From NCBI GenBank assembly GCA_027249445.1, contig JAPNTN010000129.1, positions 1 through 33,240 on the forward strand: a DNA stretch of 33,240 bases, given 5' to 3'. The DNA comes from Dehalococcoidia bacterium. Its GTDB lineage: Bacteria; Chloroflexota; Dehalococcoidia; Lucifugimonadales; UBA3495. The notes below the pieces were generated by a model. The model had not been told where the DNA came from and made no database searches. It saw only the letters and a program-made list of their open reading frames with translations. Of the stretch, positions 8,477 through 17,126 are shown in pieces (the stretch's first letter is position 1; each line of letters starts with the position of its first letter). The position numbers and the translations under genes were made by a program.

Positions 8477-9640
8477 ATGAAGAAGACAGCAGATGCGGTA
8501 GTAATTGGGGGAGGGGTCATTGGATGCAGTATTCTATATCACCTTTGTGTACAGAATATGAATAATGTGATTCTCTTGGAAAAAGACGTATTGGGTTCAG
8601 GATCTACTGGAAGGTCTCAAACTATCTGTAGAACCCATTATTCCAACGAAATTACGTCTATCATGGCGAGGGACAGCCTTAATATATTCAATAATTTTTC
8701 AGAGATAGTGGGGGGGCAATCTGGTTTTGTAAATACAGGATACATAGTGGTTGTCAACCAATCTGACACGGATGGACTGAGAAACAATCTTAGAATGCAA
8801 CAGAATCTGGGCATCAATACCTCTGAAATAGATTCAGCCCAGCTGCGTGATATCGCGCCAATGATTCGTACGACTGGAGATGAACTGTTGGCATGGGAAC
8901 CGGATTCAGGATACGCGGACTCGTATCAGGTCACGACTTCATTTGCAAATAGAGCCCGTGATATGGGTGCAGATATTCACCTGCGCAACCCGGTGACTGG
9001 AATAGAGATAGAAAACGGAGCGGTTAAGTCAGTTACTACACCTGACGGTACGATAGCAACGCGCAAAGTCATTATTTGTTCTGGGCCTTGGTCTAAAGAG
9101 ATCATGAATTCTGTTAGAGTTGAAGTACCTTTATCCACAGTTAGGCATCAAATAGCTACGATCGTACGGCCGGCCGATAAGATACCGGATCATCCAATAA
9201 TTGGAGATATAGCCCAGTCTTTCTCTCTGAGACCAGAAGGTACATCGATGACGTTGGTTGGATTCGGTGAGGATGAAGCCAAAGTTGATTCCTATAACGA
9301 AGGAGTAGACCTAGATGATATTCCTTTGGTTTTGAGTAGGTTGATTAATAGAATGCCTGATATGGACCAGGCATATTTTAGAGGTGGGTGGTCAGGATTA
9401 TTTACGATTACTCCCGACTGGCATCCTATTCTTGATGAAATTCCAGGGGTTGAAGGTTTATATTGTGCCGTGGGATTTAGTGGTCACGGATTTAAGCTAG
9501 CTCCATCGATTGGTGAAGTAATATCAAAGTTGGTGGTGGGTGACGAGATATCTAATGTGGATATTAGTCAGCTTAGATTTACGAGATTCGAACAAAATGA
9601 TGTATTAACATCCAGTTATCATTACAACGTTTTGGCGTAG
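8477..9640 (+). CDS. FAD-dependent oxidoreductase, DAO / sarcosine oxidase beta-like family
   Basis: VVIGGGVIG FAD motif, GSGSTGRS, TPDWHPIL, GFSGHGFKLAP; start at ATG 8477 (the 8426 start lies inside the hairpin). Confidence 0.88.
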   Translation: MKKTADAVVIGGGVIGCSILYHLCVQNMNNVILLEKDVLGSGSTGRSQTICRTHYSNEITSIMARDSLNIFNNFSEIVGGQSGFVNTGYIVVVNQSDTDGLRNNLRMQQNLGINTSEIDSAQLRDIAPMIRTTGDELLAWEPDSGYADSYQVTTSFANRARDMGADIHLRNPVTGIEIENGAVKSVTTPDGTIATRKVIICSGPWSKEIMNSVRVEVPLSTVRHQIATIVRPADKIPDHPIIGDIAQSFSLRPEGTSMTLVGFGEDEAKVDSYNEGVDLDDIPLVLSRLINRMPDMDQAYFRGGWSGLFTITPDWHPILDEIPGVEGLYCAVGFSGHGFKLAPSIGEVISKLVVGDEISNVDISQLRFTRFEQNDVLTSSYHYNVLA

Positions 9641-9709
9641 CAATAACCTTCAGTGAAGAAGCTGATTGATTATGAGGTATACCCAGCAGAAAATTAACAT
9701 ATTGGGAGA

Positions 9710-10657
9710 ATGAAGATGAAATTCGGATTTTACCTTCCTAACCAAGGCCCAAACGCTCGCCCGCAGCCACTTGCCGAGATAGCTAGAAGGGGGGACGAGC
9801 TCGGGTTTCATTGTATGGTTGCAGGAGACCATATTTTAGTCCCCAGTAAAATAGAATCTCCGTATCCGTATACGGTTGACGGGCAATTCCCAGGTGGAGG
9901 TACAGGGGAATATTTTGAGCAACTGACTCTTTTAACTTATCTTGCTGGGATCACTACGAACATCCGGTTAGTGCCTAGCGTAATGATCGTTCCACATCGA
10001 CCTGCTCTACTTACAGCCAAGATTTTGGCTACTCTAGATGTTTTATCAGAAGGTAGGTTGACGGTCGGTGTTGGGGTAGGCTGGATGGAGGAAGAATTTA
10101 AGGCTCTGGGAGCTCCCCCATTTCGGGAAAGAGGTGCAGTAACTAATGAATATCTACAAGCTTTTATAGAACTTTGGTCTGAGGAAAACCCCAATTTTGA
10201 AGGTAAATATTGTGACGTCTCAGGAGTAAAATTTTTGCCTAAGCCTATACAAAAGCCTCACCCTCCTATTTGGGTAGGCGGTCATAGCAGGGCAGCTTTG
10301 AAGCGCGCAGCGGTTTACGGTAATGGATGGCATCCGGTGGGGGCTATTCCTGCTAATCCTTTGGAGCCCATTGACGTAGTTAATAAACTATCATTGCTAT
10401 ATGACTACGCAAAGCAAGCGAATAGAGATTCAGAAACTTTGGAAATCGCCATGAAGGCTCCTCTGTATGACGCTGAATCTGGTCCCTCGACTCTCAGGAG
10501 AAGATTTGGTGGTGATGCTCAGGAGATTCTGGAAGACGTAAGAGCTTATTCAGAATCTGGAGTAACTCATTTGATATTTGATATCAGGGGTAACGATTTG
10601 AATCAAGCTCTGGAGAAACTCCAGTGGTTTGCCGAAGATGTGATGGCAGTTGCTTAG
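9710..10657 (+). CDS. LLM-class, probably F420-dependent, oxidoreductase
   Basis: GDH-x-L-x-P, LAKILATLDVLSEGRL-type motif, GVGVGWMEEEF, PKPIQKPHPPIWVGG, GNGWHP. Confidence 0.88.
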   Translation: MKMKFGFYLPNQGPNARPQPLAEIARRGDELGFHCMVAGDHILVPSKIESPYPYTVDGQFPGGGTGEYFEQLTLLTYLAGITTNIRLVPSVMIVPHRPALLTAKILATLDVLSEGRLTVGVGVGWMEEEFKALGAPPFRERGAVTNEYLQAFIELWSEENPNFEGKYCDVSGVKFLPKPIQKPHPPIWVGGHSRAALKRAAVYGNGWHPVGAIPANPLEPIDVVNKLSLLYDYAKQANRDSETLEIAMKAPLYDAESGPSTLRRRFGGDAQEILEDVRAYSESGVTHLIFDIRGNDLNQALEKLQWFAEDVMAVA

Positions 10658-10675
10658 ACTAATAAGAGAGGGAGC

Positions 10676-11470
10676 ATGCGAATAGAATTAGACGATGGTA
10701 TCGAACTTTACTACACTGTAGACGATTACACGGACCCTTGGAAAAATTCTGAAACGGTGATTCTGCATCATGGTATGGCAAAGAGTCACAAATTGTGGTA
10801 CGCATGGGTTCCAATTATAGCGCGACACTATAGAGTGATAAGATTTGACATGCGAGGTATGGGTTATTCTGCTGTTCCGGAACCTGGATATGCCTGGACA
10901 TTGGATAATTTTGCCAAAGATTTGTCTGCATTTGTAGACAAGCTAGCGATAGATAAGTTTCATCTTATTGGTGAGACTGTTGGTGGTACGATCGCGATGC
11001 GGTACGCTACACTTCACCAGGAAAGACTTTTATCTTTAACCGCTTGTACTTCTCCTACGAATTTTAACGATCCTCATCATGCGGAAAGCGCGGATTTGAT
11101 AGAGTCGAAAGGTATTGCTGCATGGGTAGAGAGTACTATCGGCAGACGCCTTGATCCGCAAATTGTAGACCCTCAATACATACGCTGGTATGCGGAGCAA
11201 ATGTGCGCGACTCCAGCTCATGTGGTAAGTGGATTTCAGAGACACGCTGCCGGGGATTTAAGGCCACTATTAAGCGATATTTTAACTCCTACGCTCATCA
11301 TTGCGGCAGCGGCACTAAGGGATGAGGTCTTGGGAGATTTTCGGGACGCTTCCGATTTCTTTCCTAACGGGCAAAAAATGGTATTTCCTGGGGTGGCTGG
11401 ATTTGTACAGCATATACTCCCTGTGCCATGTGCGCGGGTGTGGTTGGAATTTGCGAATAATTTAAAATAG
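10676..11470 (+). CDS. Alpha/beta-hydrolase fold protein with atypical nucleophile elbow (GETVGG)
   Basis: DDYTDPW, ILHHG, FDMRGMG-x-S, HLIGETVGG; SD GGGAG upstream. Confidence 0.82.
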   Translation: MRIELDDGIELYYTVDDYTDPWKNSETVILHHGMAKSHKLWYAWVPIIARHYRVIRFDMRGMGYSAVPEPGYAWTLDNFAKDLSAFVDKLAIDKFHLIGETVGGTIAMRYATLHQERLLSLTACTSPTNFNDPHHAESADLIESKGIAAWVESTIGRRLDPQIVDPQYIRWYAEQMCATPAHVVSGFQRHAAGDLRPLLSDILTPTLIIAAAALRDEVLGDFRDASDFFPNGQKMVFPGVAGFVQHILPVPCARVWLEFANNLK

Positions 11471-11501
11471 AAACTGTTAATCGCGGACACATATTTGTGG
11501 A

Positions 11502-11530
11502 TTGACCGTGTTTTCTGAAGAATCTACAAT
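11502..11530 (+). promoter_or_regulatory. Putative sigma70-type promoter of the MmgE/PrpD and SDR genes
   Basis: TTGACC (11502-11507), 17-nt spacer, TACAAT (11525-11530). Confidence 0.6.
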
Positions 11531-11569
11531 CTTACGCTGAGCTAAGCAATACATTAAGAGGTATAAACG

Positions 11570-12970
11570 ATGACAGAGTCCTTATCGCGAATCATTTCCA
11601 GATTTATTATATCGACTGATTACGATAATCTGCCGCCCGAAGTCATAGATAAGATGAAAACCTCTCTTTTTCACTCTTTAGTAGTGTCGATCCTTGGGGC
11701 TGAAACCAGTCATGGGAAGGCGGCTGTGGAGCTGGCAAAAGTTGAGGAAGGCAAAGAAAATGGCGCCACTATACTTGTTGATGGTACTAAAGCTACGAGA
11801 AGCGGGGCTGCATTTGCGAACAGTAAATTGATGCATGCTACGAACCAGTCTGATTCATATAGGATGTTGATTCATCCAGGCCCTTGCATTATACCTGCAG
11901 TCTTAGCTGCTGCGGAACTTGGGAGTTCTAGCGGAAAAGACGTCTTATCAGCTATGGCGGTTGCTTATGAAGTTGAATCACGTTTAGCTGGCGACTTTAT
12001 ACCGTCAGTACAAGCACGAGGATTCAGGTCTAGCCCGATATTCGGAACCTTGGGATCTGCCATTGCGACAGGTAAGCTGCTTGGGTTGGATGAAGATCAA
12101 ATGGTTACCGCCGTGGCATTAGCCTCTACCTTTACGTGTGGAACAAATGAGGGCCCAAGATCCGGTGGTCGTGAGATGATGTTCCATGAACCCCAGGCTA
12201 CTCGCAATGGGTTAATGGCGGCATTATTGGCTAAAGAAAATGTTAAAGGCTCAGAGACTTCTCTGGAAGGCGACGCCGGTTTTTATAACGCTTTTGTTGG
12301 TAATAATAAGGGGGATCTATCATACGTTTTTAATGGTCCCAATACCGTGTCTTTAGATAGCATAATAGAAGGTATAGGTGAAAGATGGGAATTAATGCAT
12401 GTCGTTCCCAAGTTATATCCTACAGCGGGGTATAACTGTCCGGTAATTGAGCTTATGACAGATATCAGGGCGGCGCATGATTTGAGTATCCAAGATGTAG
12501 AAAAGATTACTGTTGATATGAATTGGCTCGAAACTAGTTATCCATCGCCGGCATTTCCTAATCCTAGTAGGACTGCACCGGGTGTCGCTAGTACCCACTA
12601 TTTTGCTGCTTACACTTGTATAAATGGAAACTATCCTCCACTGCGCAAGCGTATCGAAGCAGGTGAACAGTCTCTGGATGGAGAGGACGCGGTGTTGGAC
12701 CTTTTGAAAAAAGTTGACGTGATCGGCCACAAAGATCGGAAGGCTTTTGCACCCCGTATTACTATAGAGATGACCGGAGGCAATTTATATCAAGGAGAAT
12801 ATAAGGGCGAAGAATTAGAGTGGGATTTTGCCACTGAAACTAGTAGGCTTGGCAGTTTTTTCGGAGAGATCGATTGGCCTATTGATAAACTGAACGGCTT
12901 AACAGTTATAACAGGAGACTTGCAAGGCGAAGAAAATTTATCCAATCTGATAGGTCATTGCGTTAGATGA
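11570..12970 (+). CDS. MmgE/PrpD family protein (2-methylcitrate dehydratase-like fold)
   Basis: LPPEVI, AAFANS, HPG-x-x-IIPA-x-LA-x-AE, AYEV, RNGLMAALLA, LEG-x-x-GF, K-x-YP. Confidence 0.82.
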   Translation: MTESLSRIISRFIISTDYDNLPPEVIDKMKTSLFHSLVVSILGAETSHGKAAVELAKVEEGKENGATILVDGTKATRSGAAFANSKLMHATNQSDSYRMLIHPGPCIIPAVLAAAELGSSSGKDVLSAMAVAYEVESRLAGDFIPSVQARGFRSSPIFGTLGSAIATGKLLGLDEDQMVTAVALASTFTCGTNEGPRSGGREMMFHEPQATRNGLMAALLAKENVKGSETSLEGDAGFYNAFVGNNKGDLSYVFNGPNTVSLDSIIEGIGERWELMHVVPKLYPTAGYNCPVIELMTDIRAAHDLSIQDVEKITVDMNWLETSYPSPAFPNPSRTAPGVASTHYFAAYTCINGNYPPLRKRIEAGEQSLDGEDAVLDLLKKVDVIGHKDRKAFAPRITIEMTGGNLYQGEYKGEELEWDFATETSRLGSFFGEIDWPIDKLNGLTVITGDLQGEENLSNLIGHCVR

Positions 12971-13001
12971 TTACTGATTGGTCTGAAAAGGAGTAAAGGA
13001 T

Positions 13002-13796
13002 ATGGAAAATGGGATAAACGGGAAAGTTGCATTAATTACCGGTGGAAGTATGGGCATAGGAAAATCCACTGCACTGGCTTTAGCAAGAGAGGGAGCAAAG
13101 ATAGCTATTTGTGCGCGCGGAATGGATGCGCTTAAGGAAACTGCTCGAGAAATTCAAGAGGAGACAGGGGCTACTGTAGTGCCTATTCGTGCTGATATGA
13201 CCAGTACTGAAGATATAACAATGCTGGTATGGTCCACTATTTCTGAGCTAGGTCATATTGATATCTTAGTAAACAATGCTGTTAATTCGACTACCGCGCG
13301 AGCTAGTGAATTACCGGATGAAGTTATATTGAATCATATCAATACGAAAGTGATGGGTTACATTAGGTGTTCACGAGAAGTAATAACGTCAATGCGGAAG
13401 AAGGGTGGTGGGCGCATTGTGAATATAGCTGGTATGGGAGCTAGAAATTCCAGCGCCACAAATCCAGGCTCGGGTATAACAAACTCCGGCGTTTCTGCCT
13501 ATACGAAATGCTTATCGGATGACGTATCATCCGAAGGAATATTGGTTAATTGTATTCATCCTGGGAGTACTCGAACACAGCGTCAAATGCAATTGATAGA
13601 TGAGAGAGCTCAGCGTGACGGCGTAAGTTCTGAAGAGGTAATGTCCCGGACAGTTGCCAATGTTCCGATAGGTAGAATGGTAGAACCCGATGATATAGCA
13701 AACTTGGTATTATTCCTGGTCTCTAATCAGGCGAGTGCAATAACAGGTCAAACCATTGCTGTTGATGGTGGAGCCGGAAGAGGGATAATTTATTAG
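13002..13796 (+). CDS. Short-chain dehydrogenase/reductase, atypical (no YxxxK)
   Basis: TGGSMGIG, ICAR, DILVNNA, GRIVNI, VNCIHPG, ITGQTIAVDGG; S-x3-N in place of YxxxK; SD AGGAG. Confidence 0.88.
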   Translation: MENGINGKVALITGGSMGIGKSTALALAREGAKIAICARGMDALKETAREIQEETGATVVPIRADMTSTEDITMLVWSTISELGHIDILVNNAVNSTTARASELPDEVILNHINTKVMGYIRCSREVITSMRKKGGGRIVNIAGMGARNSSATNPGSGITNSGVSAYTKCLSDDVSSEGILVNCIHPGSTRTQRQMQLIDERAQRDGVSSEEVMSRTVANVPIGRMVEPDDIANLVLFLVSNQASAITGQTIAVDGGAGRGIIY

Positions 13797-13818
13797 GACC
13801 CTATTAGGCTTGAGTAGG

Positions 13819-14727
13819 ATGAAAATAGCGTTAATAGCCTTATTCCTAGTAGGTTATAGCTTGTTTGCAGTGGCTTGTATCTCGGCTACGCCAACTGGTA
13901 TGACCATCGCAGCGGATAAATATAGCGCGGTAATGGTTACAAGTGATCTCTCGGTCGGAACGAATAGGGTCAGCTTCGGACTAGTGGACATGGAAGGTCA
14001 GCCCATTCAGTCTGATTCAGTGGATGTTACATCTGTATACTTTCCTCCTGAGGAAGAAAAAGGGATTTTAAAAGAGGAAGTTACGGCACGGTTTGTTCAT
14101 TGGCCACCATACGACGGTAGTAAGGGAGTATTTGTTACCGAACTTTATTTCGATGTAAAGGGTCCGGCTACAATTACGGACCCGGGACTTTGGGGAATTG
14201 AGATTAGCGCTATAACTAAAGATGGAACGCAGGTAGAAGCGCGAACAGTTCTAACGGTCAACGAGTTTTCGAAAACACCTGCTATTGGGGACATAGCTCC
14301 TGCTAGTAGTACGCCAACTTTAATGGATGTTAGTGATCTAGGACATATTACTAGTGATGTGGACCCTGATCCTGATCTTTATCAAGTGTCTATTGATGAC
14401 GCGATTGTTGACGATAAGGCTCTGGTTCTTATTTTCTCTACCCCTGCATTTTGTGTTAGCGCTACATGTGGCCCGCAACTAGAAATTATTAAAAACATAA
14501 AAACGCGTTACATGGGCGTCAATTTTATCCACGTGGAGGCATTCCAAGATCCACACCTGATTAAAGAGGGAATAATTAGCTTGGAACCGGTGCGCACAAT
14601 GGATGAATGGGGCCTTACAACGGAGCCCTGGACATTTGTTGTTGATTCTGATGGACGAGTGCGCGCCAAGTTTGAACAATTTGTTACCGAGGACGAAATA
14701 GTAATTGCCCTAGAAGAAGCTCTATAG
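13819..14727 (+). CDS. Putative lipoprotein with C-terminal thioredoxin-like domain (Cx4C)
   Basis: Signal peptide with lipobox-like AVAC; FSTPAFCVSATCGP, NFIHVE, WGLTTEPWTFVVD-x-x-G-x-V-x-AKFE resembling a Trx fold; ATG 13819. Confidence 0.65.
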   Translation: MKIALIALFLVGYSLFAVACISATPTGMTIAADKYSAVMVTSDLSVGTNRVSFGLVDMEGQPIQSDSVDVTSVYFPPEEEKGILKEEVTARFVHWPPYDGSKGVFVTELYFDVKGPATITDPGLWGIEISAITKDGTQVEARTVLTVNEFSKTPAIGDIAPASSTPTLMDVSDLGHITSDVDPDPDLYQVSIDDAIVDDKALVLIFSTPAFCVSATCGPQLEIIKNIKTRYMGVNFIHVEAFQDPHLIKEGIISLEPVRTMDEWGLTTEPWTFVVDSDGRVRAKFEQFVTEDEIVIALEEAL

Positions 14728-14744
14728 TGGGGCAATCTGGAAGA

Positions 14745-15074
14745 TCAATCTTCCAATGTGATAGCTACTAATATCCCATCCCTAGAAATGAATCTTACAA
14801 GCAGAGTTTGTCCGAATAATTGATGTTCTTTTATGTGACCAGGAGTGAAGCCGGTGAATGTATCACTGGTAAATTGATAAAGTTGCCCGTCCTCTGCTCG
14901 AACTTTTAATGTTTCAAATTCTGACACGTTTTTGGGAACGATTTCTAGAACATGTCCTCTGATTTCCATGATGCTTTGGTCATGATTATCGAGGTCAGTG
15001 GGGTTACATGACGCTGTCATAATTAACATTAGTATAGCGATCATCAATGCGCTGAACGACAATGACTTGTTCAT
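14745..15074 (-). CDS. Small putative lipoprotein, beta-rich, with H-x3-H motif
   Basis: Signal peptide with lipobox TASC; alternating beta-strand pattern; FTPGHIKEH; 10 nt downstream of the ABC permease on the same strand. Confidence 0.65.
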   Translation of the reverse strand: MNKSLSFSALMIAILMLIMTASCNPTDLDNHDQSIMEIRGHVLEIVPKNVSEFETLKVRAEDGQLYQFTSDTFTGFTPGHIKEHQLFGQTLLVRFISRDGILVAITLED

Positions 15075-15084
15075 TAATATTATT

Positions 15085-16140
15085 CTAGTTAAATCGGAAT
15101 ACTTTTATTGCTATCACTGATGTTACTACTATCCAGGCCGCTAGTGCTGCGATATCTTGCCATACCGACCATATGGGATAACCATTAATACCTATGTCTC
15201 TCAGAGCAGATAGCATTGGGGTTAATGGCAGTAGTTCAGAGATAGTCGGCATTATCCAAGGTAAATTGGTCACAGAGAAAAATGTTCCGGAGAAAAATAT
15301 CATTGGTAATGCGATGGCATTTCCCATTCCGGATGCAGCTGACGGGCTGTTAGTCCATGCAGACATTATGAAGCCTATGTTCAGAAATACCACACTGCCC
15401 ATTAGAATGATAAATAATAGACCTGCGGGGTTTCCGCGAATGGAAGCTCCAAACAGAAATATTCCAACCCCCAATATAATAATGGCTTGAATGATGGCCA
15501 ATATCAAATGGGCAGTAATTTCAGAGGCAAAGAACTTCCATATTGGTAGTGGTGTTACCAACATGCGTTTTAAAATGGATTGGTTTCTGTAATTACTTAT
15601 TTTTACTGCTATAGATATTATAGAATTTGTCATTATACCGAGGCCAACTAAACCTAATAGAACAGTATCAAAATAGGTAGCTTCAGGTTTTTTTATTTCT
15701 ATCGTGTTTATCATGTTGATACTCGGTAAGGAAGTATCGTGCTGGGTTAGCAAATTAGATAGCATCAGTAACGTAATTTCATTTTGCTGAGGATCTTGGT
15801 CAGTATATTGTAGGGATAATGCTTCATCTGTACTGTAATTGAAGCCAGATGGTATTGTCAGTACGTATTCTGTCTCTCCGTTGTTGAGTCGTTTTAATGC
15901 AGTTTCAACAGACTCAATTTGTGTTACTTCGAAAAAATTATTTGACGATATCTGGTTAATTAAGCCTTTGGAATCGTCATTTGTTGAATTGTTTATTACA
16001 TTGATAGTTGCCCCGCCAAAGTTTCCAACCTGAAATAACCCAAAGACCACGACTAATAGCAACGGGAAAAACAATGCCCAGAAGGTACTATGGCGATTGC
16101 GAGCCATGATTTTAAGATTGTGTAAAGTTAATTGGATCAT
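15085..16140 (-). CDS. ABC-2 type exporter permease
   Basis: FW-x-LFFP N-terminal helix, extracytoplasmic domain, ILKR-x-x-VTP, FFSGTFF, LPLT. Confidence 0.9.
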   Translation of the reverse strand: MIQLTLHNLKIMARNRHSTFWALFFPLLLVVVFGLFQVGNFGGATINVINNSTNDDSKGLINQISSNNFFEVTQIESVETALKRLNNGETEYVLTIPSGFNYSTDEALSLQYTDQDPQQNEITLLMLSNLLTQHDTSLPSINMINTIEIKKPEATYFDTVLLGLVGLGIMTNSIISIAVKISNYRNQSILKRMLVTPLPIWKFFASEITAHLILAIIQAIIILGVGIFLFGASIRGNPAGLLFIILMGSVVFLNIGFIMSAWTNSPSAASGMGNAIALPMIFFSGTFFSVTNLPWIMPTISELLPLTPMLSALRDIGINGYPIWSVWQDIAALAAWIVVTSVIAIKVFRFN

Positions 16141-17072
16141 AGGTCTTCCTGAAGTTCATTTCCGGTTAACTCTAGGAAGACGTCTTCTAGGGTAACTGGG
16201 GTAATGTCAAGATTCTGGAATCTCACGTTGTCCGTGACGATGCTCTTAAGTAATATGTCTAGAGCATTTGTTCCGTCTTTTAATTTGATTATGTAAGTGT
16301 TTTCGGATTTCGTTTCAATCTTGGCGTTGAGGCTGTTCAGGCTAATGATTTGCTCTTCATTTAGGGGGGCTTCTAAAGTTAGTTTAACCGCATATTGATA
16401 TTCTAATGAGGCCCTCAAGTTGGATGGGGTGTCCACTGCTATAAGGTGACCATTGTCCATTATCGCCAATCGTTGGCATAAGGCCTCAGCTTCATCCATG
16501 TAGTGGGTTGTTAAGACCACAGTAATGCCACTCTGGTTTATTTCCTCGATTAGCTGCCAAATATTTCGACGTGACCGCGGGTCTAGACCAGTAGTTGGCT
16601 CATCAAGAATCAACAGTTCAGGCTTGTTAATTAAACTTGCAGCAATGGTAAATCTCTGTTTCTCTCCGCCTGATAGTGTATTAACTCTTTGGCGACCTTT
16701 ACTCTCTAGGTTTACTCTTCTCAAAATATCTGCAGGATCTTCTCGTACATCTGGTGGGTAAAAACTAGCAAGGAGAGTCAATATCTCTAGAAGATTCAGA
16801 TAATCATAATAGGCAGATGACTGTAACTGGACTCCAATACGAGTCTTTATTTCCTTGGGATTTTTGAGAATATCTAAGTTCAGGATGGTGATGGTTCCCG
16901 AATTAGGGGAGTGCAGTCCTTCCAAGATTTCTAGAGTGGTAGTTTTGCCTGCACCATTGGGCCCGAGGATTCCAAAAATTTCGCCGCTTCGGACATCAAA
17001 AGAAATGTCGTCGACGGCTACGAATTTACCATAATATTTCTTTAGGGATTCTACCCGGATAGCTTCATCCAT
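16137..17072 (-). CDS. ABC transporter ATP-binding protein (DrrA/NodI-like)
   Basis: Walker A GPNGAGKTT, signature LSGGE, Walker B LILDEPTTGLD, TTHYMDEAE, C-terminal LEDVFLELTG. Confidence 0.93.
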   Translation of the reverse strand: MDEAIRVESLKKYYGKFVAVDDISFDVRSGEIFGILGPNGAGKTTTLEILEGLHSPNSGTITILNLDILKNPKEIKTRIGVQLQSSAYYDYLNLLEILTLLASFYPPDVREDPADILRRVNLESKGRQRVNTLSGGEKQRFTIAASLINKPELLILDEPTTGLDPRSRRNIWQLIEEINQSGITVVLTTHYMDEAEALCQRLAIMDNGHLIAVDTPSNLRASLEYQYAVKLTLEAPLNEEQIISLNSLNAKIETKSENTYIIKLKDGTNALDILLKSIVTDNVRFQNLDITPVTLEDVFLELTGNELQEDL

Positions 17073-17079
17073 GATAACA

Positions 17080-17097
17080 TTGAGAATTATATCACAA
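17080..17097. promoter_or_regulatory. Rex-like operator palindrome overlapping an extended -10 element of the ABC operon
   Basis: TTGAGAA-TTAT-ATCACAA matches the Rex consensus TTGTGAA-N4-TTCACAA at 12/14; the minus strand reads TG-A-TATAAT (17094-17086). Confidence 0.45.
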
Positions 17098-17126
17098 TCT
17101 TTTTTAGGAACTCATTAAATAGCATA

